Source: Flaccisagitta enflata
Lineage: Eukaryota
NCBI GenBank assembly: GCA_965153355.1
Contig: OZ231126.1
Span: 28,086,001 to 28,150,000 of the forward strand
Direction: 5' to 3'
Length of the DNA: 64,000 bases
Positions 41,693 to 55,845 of this stretch are shown piece after piece (within the stretch, counting starts at the first letter, position 1; each line of letters opens with the position of its first letter). The notes beneath the pieces are model-generated. The model did not search any database and was not told the origin of the DNA. It saw only the letters and a program-made list of their open reading frames with translations. A program made the position numbers and the translations under genes.

Positions 41693-43537
41693 TTATTCCT
41701 AGTTTGGTTTTTTCTTCCTCCACTTTTTTTTGTTCCGGACATGCAACTCTACAAGAAGCTTTGTCATTGAAAAGTGCGAAAACATAAATATTTGGTGCTG
41801 CTTTTGTCTGTTAGTGCGTGTGGGTTGGGTAGAGGTGTGGGGGCCCCCGCCTACCCATACCCAATGACATTGTGAGCCCTCGTCACTTGTTATCTTTTCT
41901 CTTTTTTCTTTCCTCCTTTATTTCTTTCAATTCTGGAATTCACATTCCTGCATGTTACAAAAACACACAGACACACACACAGACACACACACAGACACAC
42001 ACACACACACAGAGGCACTCACACACATACACACACAGGCGCTCACACACTCACCGGCGCTCACACGAACTGTCAAGCTTTTCACGTTTACATCTTTTTA
42101 TCTTAAAAATTAATTTGCATACCAAAAGGGTCATAATCTGATAAGAAAGATCTCATTTTTCAGCAGAGAAGTAAAATCCCCCCTTTTGGGCTTCTATGTT
42201 GAGTGATTACTGAGAATCTGAAGATTCTACAACTGTATGTAAGAAGGGCATCATGACTAAGATTTTCATATGTGGTAAGTGACCAATGGCCTACTGAAAT
42301 TAGAAATTTGCATAGAAAAATGAAAAAATGAAAAAATGAAGAACATCCGTCTCAAGCAAAATACTATATCTAAAGACGGATGTTCTTGAAAATACGAATT
42401 TCTTCTAGGTAAAGCCGTAATAAAATTTACGCCAGAAAAAATGCTACTCTCCAAAATCATAATTTTCTTGGTTTTGGAAAAACAAATCGATGGAAACCCC
42501 ACTTCCCATAGGTATATTTTGATAAAATTTGACATGCAGACAGCTGGGTACGTCCACTAACTACAGTGATAATTTCAAGGAGCTGTGTTAACAGGAAGAT
42601 AGATTTTTTGTGAACACAAGTTGTAGACTGAAAATTACCAACTGATAATTATCAACTGGTTGCTGAACAGGGTTTTTTTAATAAGGGCATAAGAAATTAA
42701 TATGAAGGGCTGTAAAGAATGTTATTTGTTTTTCATAGGTAGATAAGTGAATATGTTTTGTGGAATTGATGTCAATCCTAACATTATGGCGGTAACATTC
42801 AATCGAAAAAAAGGTAAAAAAAATTTTCTCAGCTTAGTTTAGATATTTTCATGCATTTCCTCTCTTTTTGCCGTTCTTCCGTGGTCAAACCCTCACTAAG
42901 TGGCTGTTTTTTTTTGGAAAGGGCCCATGTGGGGATAGTGTGGGAGGCAATGGATTTCTCACTTGGTCAAAAATGGTCATTTTCAAGCTCCATAAGGGTG
43001 TCACAGACCCTGAATAAAATGAGATATTTTTCGGTTCTCCATGTCGTACATGTTTCATCGTATGTTCTAATTAGCTGCTCGACATGACACCAGCAATTTT
43101 GGTCGTCTACTTTTAGTTGCGGAAACGCAACTCCACTAGAGTCTTTGTCCGTCTGTCCATCCTTCTGTTATGATCGAATCAATAAGTCTAGAAACACGAA
43201 TTTTGGCTCTTATTGTCTATGATTGCATGTGTGGAAAGGGGGTGTGGAGCTCCTCCGGAGAGGGGTTGTTTGCCCCTGCCCATCCGCCCGCAATGATTTT
43301 GTAACCCCGCACTTATTCCTTTCTCAGGTCTAGGTGGTCGTGATTTCGGTCGCGAAGAGAAAAAGGCACCAAAGATTATCAAGAAAGAAGATTCAAGTGA
43401 TAGGTATTCTATTACAAACTTAGTCTTTACAACTTATTAGAATTACCCAACCACTTCTATTATTTCATAACCACTGCTACAAGCGTAGCGTAGCGTATTC
43501 ACTCCCTCTCTTGCTCTCTCTCTCTCTCAGCTCTCTT

Positions 43538-43603
<66 letters not shown>

Positions 43604-44221
43604 GTAGATGCTGTGTCAGCAGTAATTGCGACTTATAGAAAGAACCCTCTCTGTCGCCATTTTTCTTTGTTCATTAGATTTAAAGCCCATGAAGATTTAC
43701 TGAACAAAAGGGAACAAGTAGCTCGGAGTTACAATGTCGTCGCGGTCGAGAGGGGGGGGGGGGCAGTGGCAGAAATGCGCGCTTCAAACTTTTCGACTAG
43801 ATCATCACGGACCAACGGACGCACCAACAGACGGAGTTATGCCGTTGATTACATGTGCTCAAATTATGTTCTGTAGGACAATCCCTTCAGAGCCACTGGC
43901 ATAGCTGCCCTCTGGGTTCACGTTCGTAGAAGCAGGATGTGGGTGTCGCTGACCACATATATGGCTCATATATATGTCTACTCGACATTGATTCTTGCGC
44001 TGTCTCCGCAATCTCCATCCATGTATCTGGTCCACTATCTTCGTCAGTCAAAATCAACGTCCTTCCTTCTCAAATATAAATGTGGCGATGTCTTGGCCTC
44101 TCTGCGCAGTCATCTTCCTCATTGATAATCTTTTCTTCTTTGCTAATAACTCTCTCTATCTTTAGGTTGGTGAGTTCTTGTCTGTCGGCAACAGTTCTTT
44201 TAACAACATCCAACAACTTTT

Positions 44222-44261
<40 letters not shown>

Positions 44262-44350
44262 TTTCTTTCTTTCTTTTTTTTTCTTTCCTTTCTTTCTTTT
44301 TTCTGTTTTCTTCCTCTCTTTTTCTTTTTCTTTATTTCACTTCTTTCCTC

Positions 44351-44420
<70 letters not shown>

Positions 44421-44451
44421 TTTCTTTTTTTCTTTCTTTCGTTCTTTTTTT

Positions 44452-44564
<113 letters not shown>

Positions 44565-44818
44565 CAGAGAGAGACAGAGAGCAAAGGCGCTCAAGATAAA
44601 GAAAATGGAGTCACATTTGCTGTAAACAGTGTACATGTTTTTCTTACTCGCGTGCCCGCATCTCCTTACTGTATCTGTCGGTCCGCCTCTTCGTCGGTCA
44701 AAATTGACATGTCCTCTCATGGACGTTTTAGCTAGTTTTTACACTACCCAAAACGGCTAGTAATAGCCGTGTCTTCGGCCTCTTTTTTGATCATCTTCCT
44801 GTATGTCTTCTTTTTTCT

Positions 44819-44866
<48 letters not shown>

Positions 44867-44870
44867 TCCT

Positions 44871-44937
<67 letters not shown>

Positions 44938-45064
44938 ATCTTTCTCTCATTCTTTCTTTCTTTCTTTTTTTCCTCCTTTCTTTCTTGCTTTCTTTCTTTC
45001 TTTCTTTCTTTCTTTTTTTCTTTTTTCTTCCTCTCTTTCTTTTTTCTTTCTTTCTTTCTTTCTC

Positions 45065-45104
<40 letters not shown>

Positions 45105-45196
45105 TCCTTCCTTCCTTCCTTCCTTCCTTCCTTCCTTCCTTCCTTCCTTCCTTCCTTCTTTCTTTCTTTCTTAACTTGTTTGTTTGTTTGTTTGTT

Positions 45197-45260
<64 letters not shown>

Positions 45261-45285
45261 TTTTTCTTTCTTTCGTTCTTTTTTT

Positions 45286-45377
<92 letters not shown>

Positions 45378-45473
45378 AAAGAGGGAGAGAGACAGAGAGA
45401 GACAGAGAGACAGAGAGACAGAGAGACAGAGGTGGTCACCACTTACCAGAGACAATAATTTCTCAATTATAAG

Positions 45474-46121
45474 GTTTTGGAAGACACACTCCGAATCGTG
45501 CACGTGGAAACCAACGGCGAAAAAAGAAGAAAAGGTGTTTTCCGCGCCCGAATTTCGTCGTCAACAAAGGACCACGACCAGCCTAACCCAAAGCCAAAGC
45601 CACAGCCACAGCCACAGCCACAGCCACAGCCAAAGCCAAAGCCAAAGCCAAATCTCAAAAAATATGGTAACTATTGGTTGGTTACCTTCGCCGACAAAGC
45701 CGTGACCGCCGGCTTGAAAACTTTCCTCAGCGATCCAGACAACAAACAATCGCTGGGTCATTTCGTTCCATGGGTGATCCAAAAAATGCGGGCTCACGGA
45801 TTGCCCATAACAAATGGCATGTTATTCAAGTCGTTCCCGCATCCAAAAGCGATGAAGGAAGGGCAAAAGAGGATCAAGAAATCGGTCATGCACGCCGTTT
45901 TGAAACTGATGGTTGAAAGAGGACTGATTGAAAAAAGGCCACCAATTATAGGGAAAAAGATGATGAGAGAAACACAGTTGATCCACTGGTGGAGATGCAG
46001 GCAGTTGTTGATACTCGACAGTCTCCGCAGATTAGTGATGGAGAGGATGAAGATGACGATGAATAAGAATGAAGGAAGATGTAATAAGAAGAAGATGAGG
46101 ATGAGGAGAAGAGAGATATGA
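45474..46121 (+). pseudogene. Truncated, frameshifted duplicate of the 58982-59809 exon
   Basis: Near-identical protein up to ...GLIEKRPPI, then one A is missing in gggaaaaagat (~45955) with further indels. The upstream coding exon is absent from this arm. The frameshifts could be sequencing errors. Confidence 0.6.
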
Positions 46122-46294
46122 GAGAGGAAGAGAATAAGAGAAGGAGAAGAAGAGGATGAAGAAGCAATAAGAAGAAGGAAGAAGAAGAAGATGAAGAATA
46201 GCTATTAATAAAGAAGAAGAAGAAGAAGAAGTAGTTATTGAAGAAATAATAAAGGAGAAAGAAAAGGAAAGAAACATTAAGAAGAAAAGAAAGA

Positions 46295-47870
46295 GGAAGG
46301 CCGAAGGAAGGAATGGAAGGAAGGAAGAAACAATGGAAGGTGAGGAAGATTGGAAGGTCGAAGGAAGGAATGGAAGAAAGGAATGAAGAATGGAAGGTGA
46401 GGAAGATTGGAAGGCCGAAGGAAGGAATGGAAGAAAGGAATGAACAATGGAAGGTGAGGAAGATTGGAAGGCCGAAGGAAGGAATGGAAGAAAGGAATGA
46501 ACAATGGAAGGTGAGGAAGATTGGAAGGCTGAAGCAAGGAATGGAAGAAAGAAATGAACAATGAAGGTGAGTGTGAAGATTGGAAGGTCAGAACAGACGA
46601 ATGAAGAAAGGAAACGAAAACAATTTAATAAGAGGAAGATCAGAAGAATGAAGGAATGGAAGAAAGGAATGAACAATGGAAGGTGAGGAAGATTGGAAGG
46701 CCGAAGCAAGGAATGGAAGAAAGGAATGAACAATGGAAGGTGAGGAAGATTGGAAGGCCGAAGGAAGGAATGGAAGAAAGGAATAAAGAATGGAAGGTGA
46801 GGAAGATTAGAAGGTTGAAGAAAGGAATGGAAGAAAGGAATGAAGATTGGAAGGTGAGGAAGATTGGAAGGCCGAAAGAAGGAATGGAAGAAAGGAATAA
46901 AGAATGGAAGGTGAGGAAGATTGGAAGGCCGAAGGAAGGAATGGAAGAAAGGAATGAACAATGGAAGGTGAGGAAGATTGGAAGGCCGAAGGAAGGAACT
47001 AGAAGAAAGCACTGAACAATGAATGATAAGATCAATGGATAATAACGTGGAAATAAATGAACAAGACCGAAGGTGAGAAAGACTGCCATTGGCTAATGAA
47101 ATTAAAGAAAGAAAATAAAGAATGGAATATGAGGAAGATTGAAGGTCAAGGAATGATGAAGAAAGGAACAAAGAATGGAAGGTGATAAAGACTGGATAGC
47201 TGCAAAGAAGGAATGAAGAAAGGAATAGAATGAAGGAGGAAGATTGGGAGGTCAATGGAAGGAATGAAGGAAGGAAGGAAAGAATTAACATGAGGAAGAT
47301 TGAAGGCAGTAATAAAGAATGGAAGAAAGGAAAATGAATTAAATTTGAAGGTGGAGGAAGATTGGAAGGTCATTAACAGCCCAACAGAACAAAGAACGGA
47401 AGCAGAGGAATATTTCATGAATGAAATGAAGAAATGAATGAACAATGGAATAAGAGGAAGATTAGATCAATGAAAGAATTTGAACAGAAGGAAATGAACA
47501 ATGGAAGGAGGATGATTGGACATCAGATAATGGAATGTAATATAATATAAGAATGAAGGTGAGGAAGATCAGGCCAGCGAAGGAACAGGTTAGTTAACAC
47601 ACATGAGGAAGATCGAATACTCACGAATGAATAATATGAGATCGAACAATGGAAGGTGAGAAAGATTTGGAATACTCATTAGAAGGAAACGGAAGAACGG
47701 AGCAAGAACGGGAAGGTGAGGAAGACTGGAAATGTCATAGAAGGAATCAAGAAAATGAACAAAGAACTAATAAGAGGAAGACTGGAAGGTCAATAGGAAG
47801 GAATGGAAGAAAGGAATGAACAATGGAAGATGAGGAAGATTGGAAGGCCGAAGGAATGGAAGAAAGAAAG
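46295..47870 (+). repeat. 57-bp purine-rich minisatellite (left-arm copy, centre highly degenerate)
   Basis: tggaaggtgaggaagattggaaggccgaaggaaggaatggaagaaaggaatgaacaa units. Confidence 0.9.
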
Positions 47871-48373
47871 AATGGAAGGATGAAGGGACTAACTTTGAAG
47901 AAAATGGAAGTAAGGAAGAAAGTCTGGAAGAAAAAAAAGATGGGGAAGAAAAAAAAGAAGAAGAAGAAAAAAAAGAAGAAGAAGAAGAAGAAGAAGAAGA
48001 AGAAGAAGAAGAAGAAGAAGAAGAAGAAGAAGAATAGTTAGAAGAAGAAGAAGAAGAAGGAAAAAGATAAAGAAGAAGAGGAGAAGACAATATAAATATT
48101 TAATGAGAAGATGAAGACAGATAATAAATAGGCGGAGGAAGATTTAAAGATGAAGAGGAGAAGAAGGACAGCTAGTTGAAGAAGAAAGAAAAGGACAAAG
48201 AAAATAAAACAACAAACCTTAGTCATGTAATATGGGTAATAAAGGTTTTAAAGGTAATTAAGGTACTTAAGGTAATAGCGGCAATGAAGATAACTAAGTA
48301 CCCATATTTTCCTATAATTACCCATAGGTGGCTACGTCGACCGGAAAATAGGTCTAATTACAAACAAGTATTC

Positions 48374-48766
48374 GATTATGAAAAACAAGCATAACACCTA
48401 TAAGTCGCGTAAGACTTACAGACAAAGAGTGACTTAGAATGACTTAGAATGACTTTCAATGACTTAGAATGACCTAAAATGACCAAAATTGACTTAAAAT
48501 GACTAAAAAAACAAAAAAAAACAAAAATAACCTAAAATAACTTAAAATGACTTAAAATGACTTAGACTGACTCAAAATGACTTAGAATAACTATAAATGA
48601 CTTAAAATGACTTAAAATGACCTAAGAGTTGACGTTATAGTACAAAAAAGTAAAGTGTGATGGACGGATGGACGGACGGACGGACAGATGGACGGACGGA
48701 CGGACGGACCGACGGACGGACCGACCGACAAAGCGGGTTGTAGAGTCGCGTGCACGCGACTAAAAA
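48374..48766 (-). mobile_element. HINE family B with internal 10-bp (gacttaaaat) array; absent from the right arm
   Basis: aacaag ... agtcgcg ... array ... GTCY ... agtcgcgtgcacgcgactaaaaa. The empty site at ~55625-55640 is a plain T-run. Confidence 0.85.
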
Positions 48767-50433
48767 TGTTTCCATTCTGTGATTAGTTTTTATTTCTGAT
48801 ATCTTCGTGTCTTTGAATATTTGTTATTCTATTAAACGTAATTACTTTGCACGCTAAGTAAGATACATCAATTAAATGCCTTTTGGTTAATTGAATGATT
48901 ACATTTTACTTTTTTCGGTGTTTACACTGTTTACAGTGATTAGCAACGATTATTGACATTTAACCACTCAGTCCATTTTGAAATGAAGCATAGGTAGGGC
49001 TTGAATAAAGTAAGCCCTTATATCTCAACACTTCAGATTTTGCTCTGAAATCAAATTCAACTGCGTGTAAGATAAAATCACCACGGCCAAACGCTAGCTT
49101 CCACAAGCCCGGCATTGGCACCAGTGGATAGATAGTGCGTGAAGTTCTGCTTTGAATGGTAAACGAAAATCGAGAAATCAAAGCACCCCCGATTTTTAAT
49201 ATTGAATCAATTGACATGATGTTTCATACAATTTTCTGTTCATGCGCTCAGAACTAAAGTCCAGGGACAAAAAGGTCAACTTAAGCACAGACAGTTATAT
49301 CTTTTTTAATCCTCAGTATTTCATATGTGTTATGGTCAATCTTTTTTTCATCGATGTCACTCATTAAGTTTGGAAGATATTTCACCTATCTTTCTAGATC
49401 TACTTCCTTACTCGGATGTAGATGCATGTAAAGGTGATTTTTATGGTGCGATTTTTCTTGTCATCGTCGCTGTCTCGCTAGGCTATAGAGACTTACGCAC
49501 ATGCATTAACTTTCACATCAACTTTTTTTCGCTGCGCCAAATAGGGTCGCACTGACTGCAGCATGTAGTCACACCCACTTTAGTTGTAGTAATGGATTGT
49601 CTGCATATCAGCTCATCTGTTTCTTGTTGGTTTTAGCCAGTCTCTCACTCTTTCTCAACGCGTAATGATACATTGGAAAGTTAACTGACTTAAAGAAAAT
49701 GTTGGTGGAGATGAGTTTTAGAAAGAAGTCGTAGAATAAGTGTTACCTTTTTTCCCCAATTTTTAAAAGAAAAAAGTTTCTAAAACATCAAAACGAGTAA
49801 TGCTGAAGACTTATGATTTCCACAGTTTTATTAAGCATCCTCACTTTAGTCAAATTGCTAAAAATCTTTTTCGCGCGAGCTTGTTTACCCCCGCTGATAT
49901 CGCCCCCTTGCATAGGATCTCAATTCAGAGTCGCATCCAGTTCAGTAGCTTTGGATGGCTTTTCTTCTTACAAAGGTTTGCAGCCCCAGATGTATTTGTC
50001 CTCTGCGAAAGAAAAAAATAGAAATTGGGGTTTGTATCGTGTAACATACTACACTAACTATTATGGAAAAGGAAAAAGGTATATAATCCTCGTCTAGGTC
50101 TCAGTTCATACAAAAAGACTGTTCTACTTGATCAACCTGGAGGTTCTGCTTCTTGGCGGTTGAGACGCAAAAAATGTTCTCTTCGGTTGATCATTTCCCC
50201 TTTCTTGACCATCTTGTCGATCTTGTCGATGTCGACGAGCTGCGAGATCTCGGTTGAACGTGTTTCTTTACCCTCTTTGGCTCCTCTCAGAGCTTGGATC
50301 TCAATGAGACGAACAAGTTTTTTTTTCAGTAGCGTGCCCGCGACTTAATAATCTGCTATGCCGGTCGGTCTGTCGGTCAGTCATTGGTAACTCTTTGATT
50401 TTTAGCATCACTGCCTCTGCCCAAATATTCAAT

Positions 50434-50596
50434 AACAAGGCCGGATACACGGCCACTAGTTGCGGACGGGTGGGCAGGAGCGGAAATATGCGTTTTCACA
50501 CATTTCGACTCGTGCTCACCGACGGACCAACGGACCGACCGACCGACGGACGGACGGACAAAGCCTCTTATAGAGTTGCGTGTCCGCAACTAAAAA
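50434..50596 (-). mobile_element. HINE family B copy
   Basis: aacaaggccggatacacggc ... GTCY ... agttgcgtgtccgcaactaaaa. Confidence 0.85.
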
Positions 50597-50600
50597 CATT

Positions 50601-50996
50601 CATCTCTCGCAAAACAGTCTGCTCTGTCAGTTCGTTACGCCTTTTCATAAACTTTGAGGAGAAAAAATGGCTTAGAACAACGCGGCCTGTAATGGCTTTA
50701 TTTTGAGAGCGTCACTTCGGTTTACTCAGCTCTCTGTTGAAGCAAATGGACATGGCGAAAAGCGCGGTCGTAACTCCAAATGATGGAATCGAATATCTAA
50801 TCCGCAGCAGGTACCAACTCTGGTACTCGACTACCTGCAGGCGGTACTGAGACAGTGAGACCAACGATTGGGGACTGAACACCGGGCCGGGGAGTCCATG
50901 ATATCTAATGGTCTGATAAGTCTGACAACGTAAAATATAAACAAGGCTAGCTACGCGACTATCCAAGTCGCATACGGGTAGGCAGGAGCAGTGATT
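50601..50996 (+). repeat. Segment C, ~400-bp direct repeat (partner 55105-55507)
   Basis: Near-identical from catctctcgcaaaacagtctg to gcatacgggtaggcaggagc. Confidence 0.95.
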
Positions 50997-51000
50997 ACAT

Positions 51001-51221
<221 letters not shown>

Positions 51222-51315
51222 AATTGTACACAATTGTATGTTCACGCGCGTTAAATTTAGGCAAGATTAGATCCAAAAGTCACACATATTTCATTTACGT
51301 TTTACATTTAAAATA

Positions 51316-51906
51316 CCATCTTGGCCATAAATATAAGCACAGTAGGTGTATAAGTTGATTTATTGACTAGAAGTGAGTAGCAAACACATCAGACTGCATC
51401 TAATATTTAGTATGACCATGTTGGGCATCCACCACTGCCTGCATTCACTTTGGCATTGACTCGTAGAGAGACTGGAGGTACTCTGGAGTTATGCTGTTTC
51501 AAACCGTTTATGCGATTCATTTCAGCCCTACTTTGCATGTTGTTTTCCCCTGTTTTTGCAGGTTTTTTGTTTGAATCTTTGAATTCTCAACTAGATTAAG
51601 ATCCAAATTGATGTGGGGTAACCCTGGACGAGCTTGACTCGTCAATCTTACAGTATATTTGGCACAGTGTCACAGTGCACCATAATCCATAAACTAAGAA
51701 AAATTTGCCCAACCACACTTGCAAAAGGCAAATGTTTTATTCATTTGGCTCTCATTTCTAAACGAATAAAGATACAGGAACCAGCTTGGTCTCATTTGAT
51801 AGATTTTTCAAAGATGCAAATTTTGTTAAAAAAATCATCCCTCTGCTATTAAAATTGAGCGAGTTATGACACTTTAAAGCTGTGCTTATATTTATGGCCA
51901 AGATGG
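51316..51906. mobile_element. Tc1/mariner-type MITE with TA duplication
   Basis: Perfect TIRs ccatcttggccataaatataagcacag / ctgtgcttatatttatggccaagatgg with TA flanks; absent at the paralogous site ~38291. Confidence 0.92.
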
Positions 51907-52268
51907 TAGTTGTCCCTCTGAAACAGTGTCCCTTGAAACATTGCTTGTTTAGTACATGTGCAGCAGACCATACTTACTAGTTGTCCCTCGGTCGATCCAT
52001 CCGTCGAACGGTTCCTCCGTCGGTCATTCATTTCATTTGTCCGTCCACCATATTCTGCTCTTTGCAGCAGTGCCTCAGCCCGTCCTTCTGATGGTCCTTT
52101 CGTCGGCTATTGTAGATTGTTCCTCTGAGTCTGAATTGCTTGTTTATTCTTTTTTCATTCCTTTCTTTCCTCCTTCCTTCCTTCCTTCCTTCCTTCCTTT
52201 CGTTCTTGCTTTCTTTCTTTCATGTTTTCTTACTTTCTTTCTGACACCTTTATTTCTCTCTCTCTTTT

Positions 52269-52332
<64 letters not shown>

Positions 52333-52354
52333 ACTTTCTTTCTTTTTTTTTCTT

Positions 52355-52425
<71 letters not shown>

Positions 52426-52499
52426 CATTTTTTTCCTGACTCCCTCATGAGTTTGAACACTAACTGCTAAATCCAAATGGTAGCTTTCAGCCTTTTCAT

Positions 52500-52561
<62 letters not shown>

Positions 52562-52562
<1 letters not shown>

Positions 52563-53465
52563 TTACACAAAACAACGCACCGACAAAATACAGCTCCTCT
52601 ACCTACATAAGATGCTAACCAAGCCAGACTATGACTGGCAAAAAGCCACTCTTATGACAACGCTGATGACTCTAAAAGTAGGCTGGTATAAAAAGATTAT
52701 CACCACTTTAGAGGAGTATTCGCTTGATACTGACTTTGAGACCATAAAAAATTACCACCCTAACGAATGGAAGTACAAAGTCACAAAATGCGTCGAAGAA
52801 AAGAACAAAGAAAGGCTCACGCAAGAGCTACACAAAACAGAAGATGGTCAGCAAACCGCAAAAACTAAAACTGCGACAATTGTTGACAAATTACTCGATC
52901 CTCTGTACGTACGAAAACCGGTTCCTGAACTACTCTACCTCAACAAAAATGAAAGTAGAACTCTCATAATGGCACGTTATGGGATGTTAGAGTGCGGCAG
53001 AAATCGTGGTGGAAGCATGAAGAAAATTTGCGAATCATGTAATGTACTTGATGATGAAGAGCACAGACTCAATGTTTGTACAAAATGGTTGAACCATAAA
53101 GACGAGCCTGTAAAAGTACCCTTTGAACAAATTTTTACAAATGATCTAGATTCACTGAAAGAGATTTTACATAGAATCGCCTCCATCTGGGACACGAAAA
53201 ATGGTCGTGGTTCCATGATAGAGAATGACTATCCATTCTAACTAGTCTTCTCTTTCTTCTCGCAATACAATGGAAAATGTATCAATTAGTAAATGCATTA
53301 CATGAGAAAACTTTTCTTTAGCATTGAACAACAAACTTAGAATTTGTCACTGTAATTGTTTCACTGAATATTGATATTTATTGGTAATTTCTGTACTGCT
53401 TCAAATACCCATGTTAAAGGATCATACAGAGTAATTAACTAATCTAACTTAACTAATCTTCTTCT
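52562..53465 (+). mobile_element. 5'-truncated non-LTR retrotransposon (ORF2 C-terminus, 3'UTR, simple-repeat tail)
   Basis: Open frame to 53241 with RTLIMARYGML and a CCHC knuckle CESCNVLDDEEHRLNVC typical of post-RT LINE regions; tail taactaatctaacttaactaatcttcttc. Absent from the paralogous (CT)n site at ~39505. Confidence 0.85.
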
Positions 53466-55104
53466 TCTACTTTTCATTACAAAGTAAGGTACATTTTTCT
53501 CCAGTGAGCAGAGAATAAAACCTTATGGGTAATGAAATGACGATGCCATTTGGCTCCAGAATCCAGGGATACAACCTCCTCTGATCCTCCCTTTCGATTT
53601 TTTGTCCTTTGAATTTGTGAGTTCTTCAGTTTCTGCCAAATTTGGCATGGAAAGGCAAAGTTGATATCTTTTTCAATTTTTTTTATCCTTTCATGATAAG
53701 GAGATCAGCAGATTTTTTTGCAGATAGTTTAGCCACCTCTCCCTAAGTTGCTGGGCTGTTGGTCCGCTCTGTTCATCTTTCCACCATCTGAAGTCTGTGA
53801 ATAATGATCACATATGTCTTTCTGTTTAATTGCTCTAAATATACTCTGTTCATGATTGCCTAGTTACTTCTAGTATATTCATTCTGTCATCTGTTTTGCC
53901 TGTCACTATTTTCTCAAACACCCAAACTCAGGCACTATCACGTTTTCTTGCATTATATGCAATCTAATCAATGCGAAGATTAGGGAAATCAAAGACGAGT
54001 CGCTCTGAGTCTGCATGAGTGGCATTCTTTCAACCAAATTATTCGATGGTTATCAATTTTTTTAGTTGTGGTGTGATAAGTAATTTCTGTAAGAGTTTGT
54101 TCGTCTGTCCGTCTGTCCAACTGTCCATGTGATTGAGTCGAAAATACTAAATAACTATTATGTATGTTGGTGTATGGAGTGGGTTTTTTGGGGTGAGGAT
54201 GGGGTTGATGCCTCTGCAACACCTGTCTGCAATAATATGACTTTCAGTGTCACTTGTTTTTAAAACAAGTAGGTACATGTGCTGTAAACTGTATAGCTAG
54301 ATAAAGCAGTTTGCATGTAAAGCAGAATATCGAAGATGTGATAATCATGTCATGGTATTGTGATATAGACTAGGTTCTTGCATTAGATCAATAACATAGC
54401 ATGATTAGCATCATAATAGAGATATTTTGGCCCTTCATTTCGATTGAAAGACCTGATTTCTGGGATGATTACTGTGTATCAAATGCATTGACTTTATTTA
54501 GGGGAACAAAAATTTAAATAAGAATTAATTTTTAAAATCTTGCGACACAAGTAAAAAGTGCAACAGCATAAGTGTAATTGAGGTCGAGCATCAGTGTAAT
54601 TGCATCTTTTTGGATCAAATTAGAAAACTCTGGTAAGGTCAATATTTGTTGAACTAATTGATGTTGAATAAAATAATTGGCTGTTCTGCCTCATGATTTA
54701 AAAATCATTGAATCCCTGATAAGTCAAACGTTTTGTGCTTAAGGAGCCGGGACATACTTATGATCAGATAGTTAAAGTAGCTCATAGACAGCAGCTAAGA
54801 AATTCCCACATCAAGCAAACTGTTATTTTACTGATAGCGTTTGGAACGGATTTGTTCGGTTGTCAATATGGGGTAAGTTAATCCTCGCGGACAATGATTC
54901 ATAAGAAACGGGATTTCAGACATGGGACAATTTGCTGTTTTTAGTTGCGGACAAAAAAGTCTAAAAAAGGCTTTTTCCGTCCGTCCGTACATCTGTCCGT
55001 CTGCCCGTAGGTCTGCCTGTTAACAGGCGTAAAAATGTGCATTGTCACCCCGCCTCCTGGTCCTGTCTGTTGGAAAGCACGTGTACCTTTTATATGCACA
55101 GTAG

Positions 55105-55507
55105 CATCTCTCGCAAAACAGTCTGTTCTGTCAGTTCGTTACGCCTTTTCATAAAGTTTGAGGAGAAAAGATGGCTTAGAACAACGCGGGCTGTAAAGGC
55201 TTTATTTTGAGAGCGTCACTTCGGTTTACTCAGCTCTCTGTTGAAGCAAAAGGACATGGCGAAAAGCGCGGTCGTAACTCCAAATGATGGAATCGAATAT
55301 CTAATCCGCAGCAGGTACCAACTCTGGTACTCGACTACCTGCAGGCGGTACTGAGACAGTGAGACCAACGATTGGGGACCGAACACCGGGCCGGGGAGTC
55401 TATGATGTCTAATATCTAATGGTCTGATAAGTCTGACAACGTAAAATATAAACAAGGCCGGCTACGCGACTATCCAAGTCGCATACGGGTAGGCAGGAGC
55501 TGTGATT
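55105..55507 (+). repeat. Segment C', second copy of 50601-50996
   Basis: Near-identical sequence with a 7-bp local duplication (atctaat). Confidence 0.95.
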
Positions 55508-55845
55508 AAATGTTTTTATTGAATATTTATTGAATATTTAGCGTGCAAAGTAATAACGTTTAATAGAATAACAAATATTCAAAGACAGGAAGATATCAGA
55601 AATAAAAACTAATCACAGAATGGAAAATTTTTTTTTCATAATACGAATACATTTTTTTTTCATAATACTAATACGAAAACGAATACATTTTTTTTCATAA
55701 TACGAATTCTTCGCATTTACGACTTTTTTCCGGTCGGCGATTAGCCGCCTTCATTGGTAGGAAGATATAGGTACTTACAGCTATCTTCATTACTTTTATT
55801 ACTTTAATTACCTTTAAAACCTTTATTACACTTATTACCACGCGA

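Noticed and set aside
50905-50940. Hammerhead ribozyme core (ctgataag...)
   Set aside because: No CUGAnGA/GAAA pair with compatible stems.
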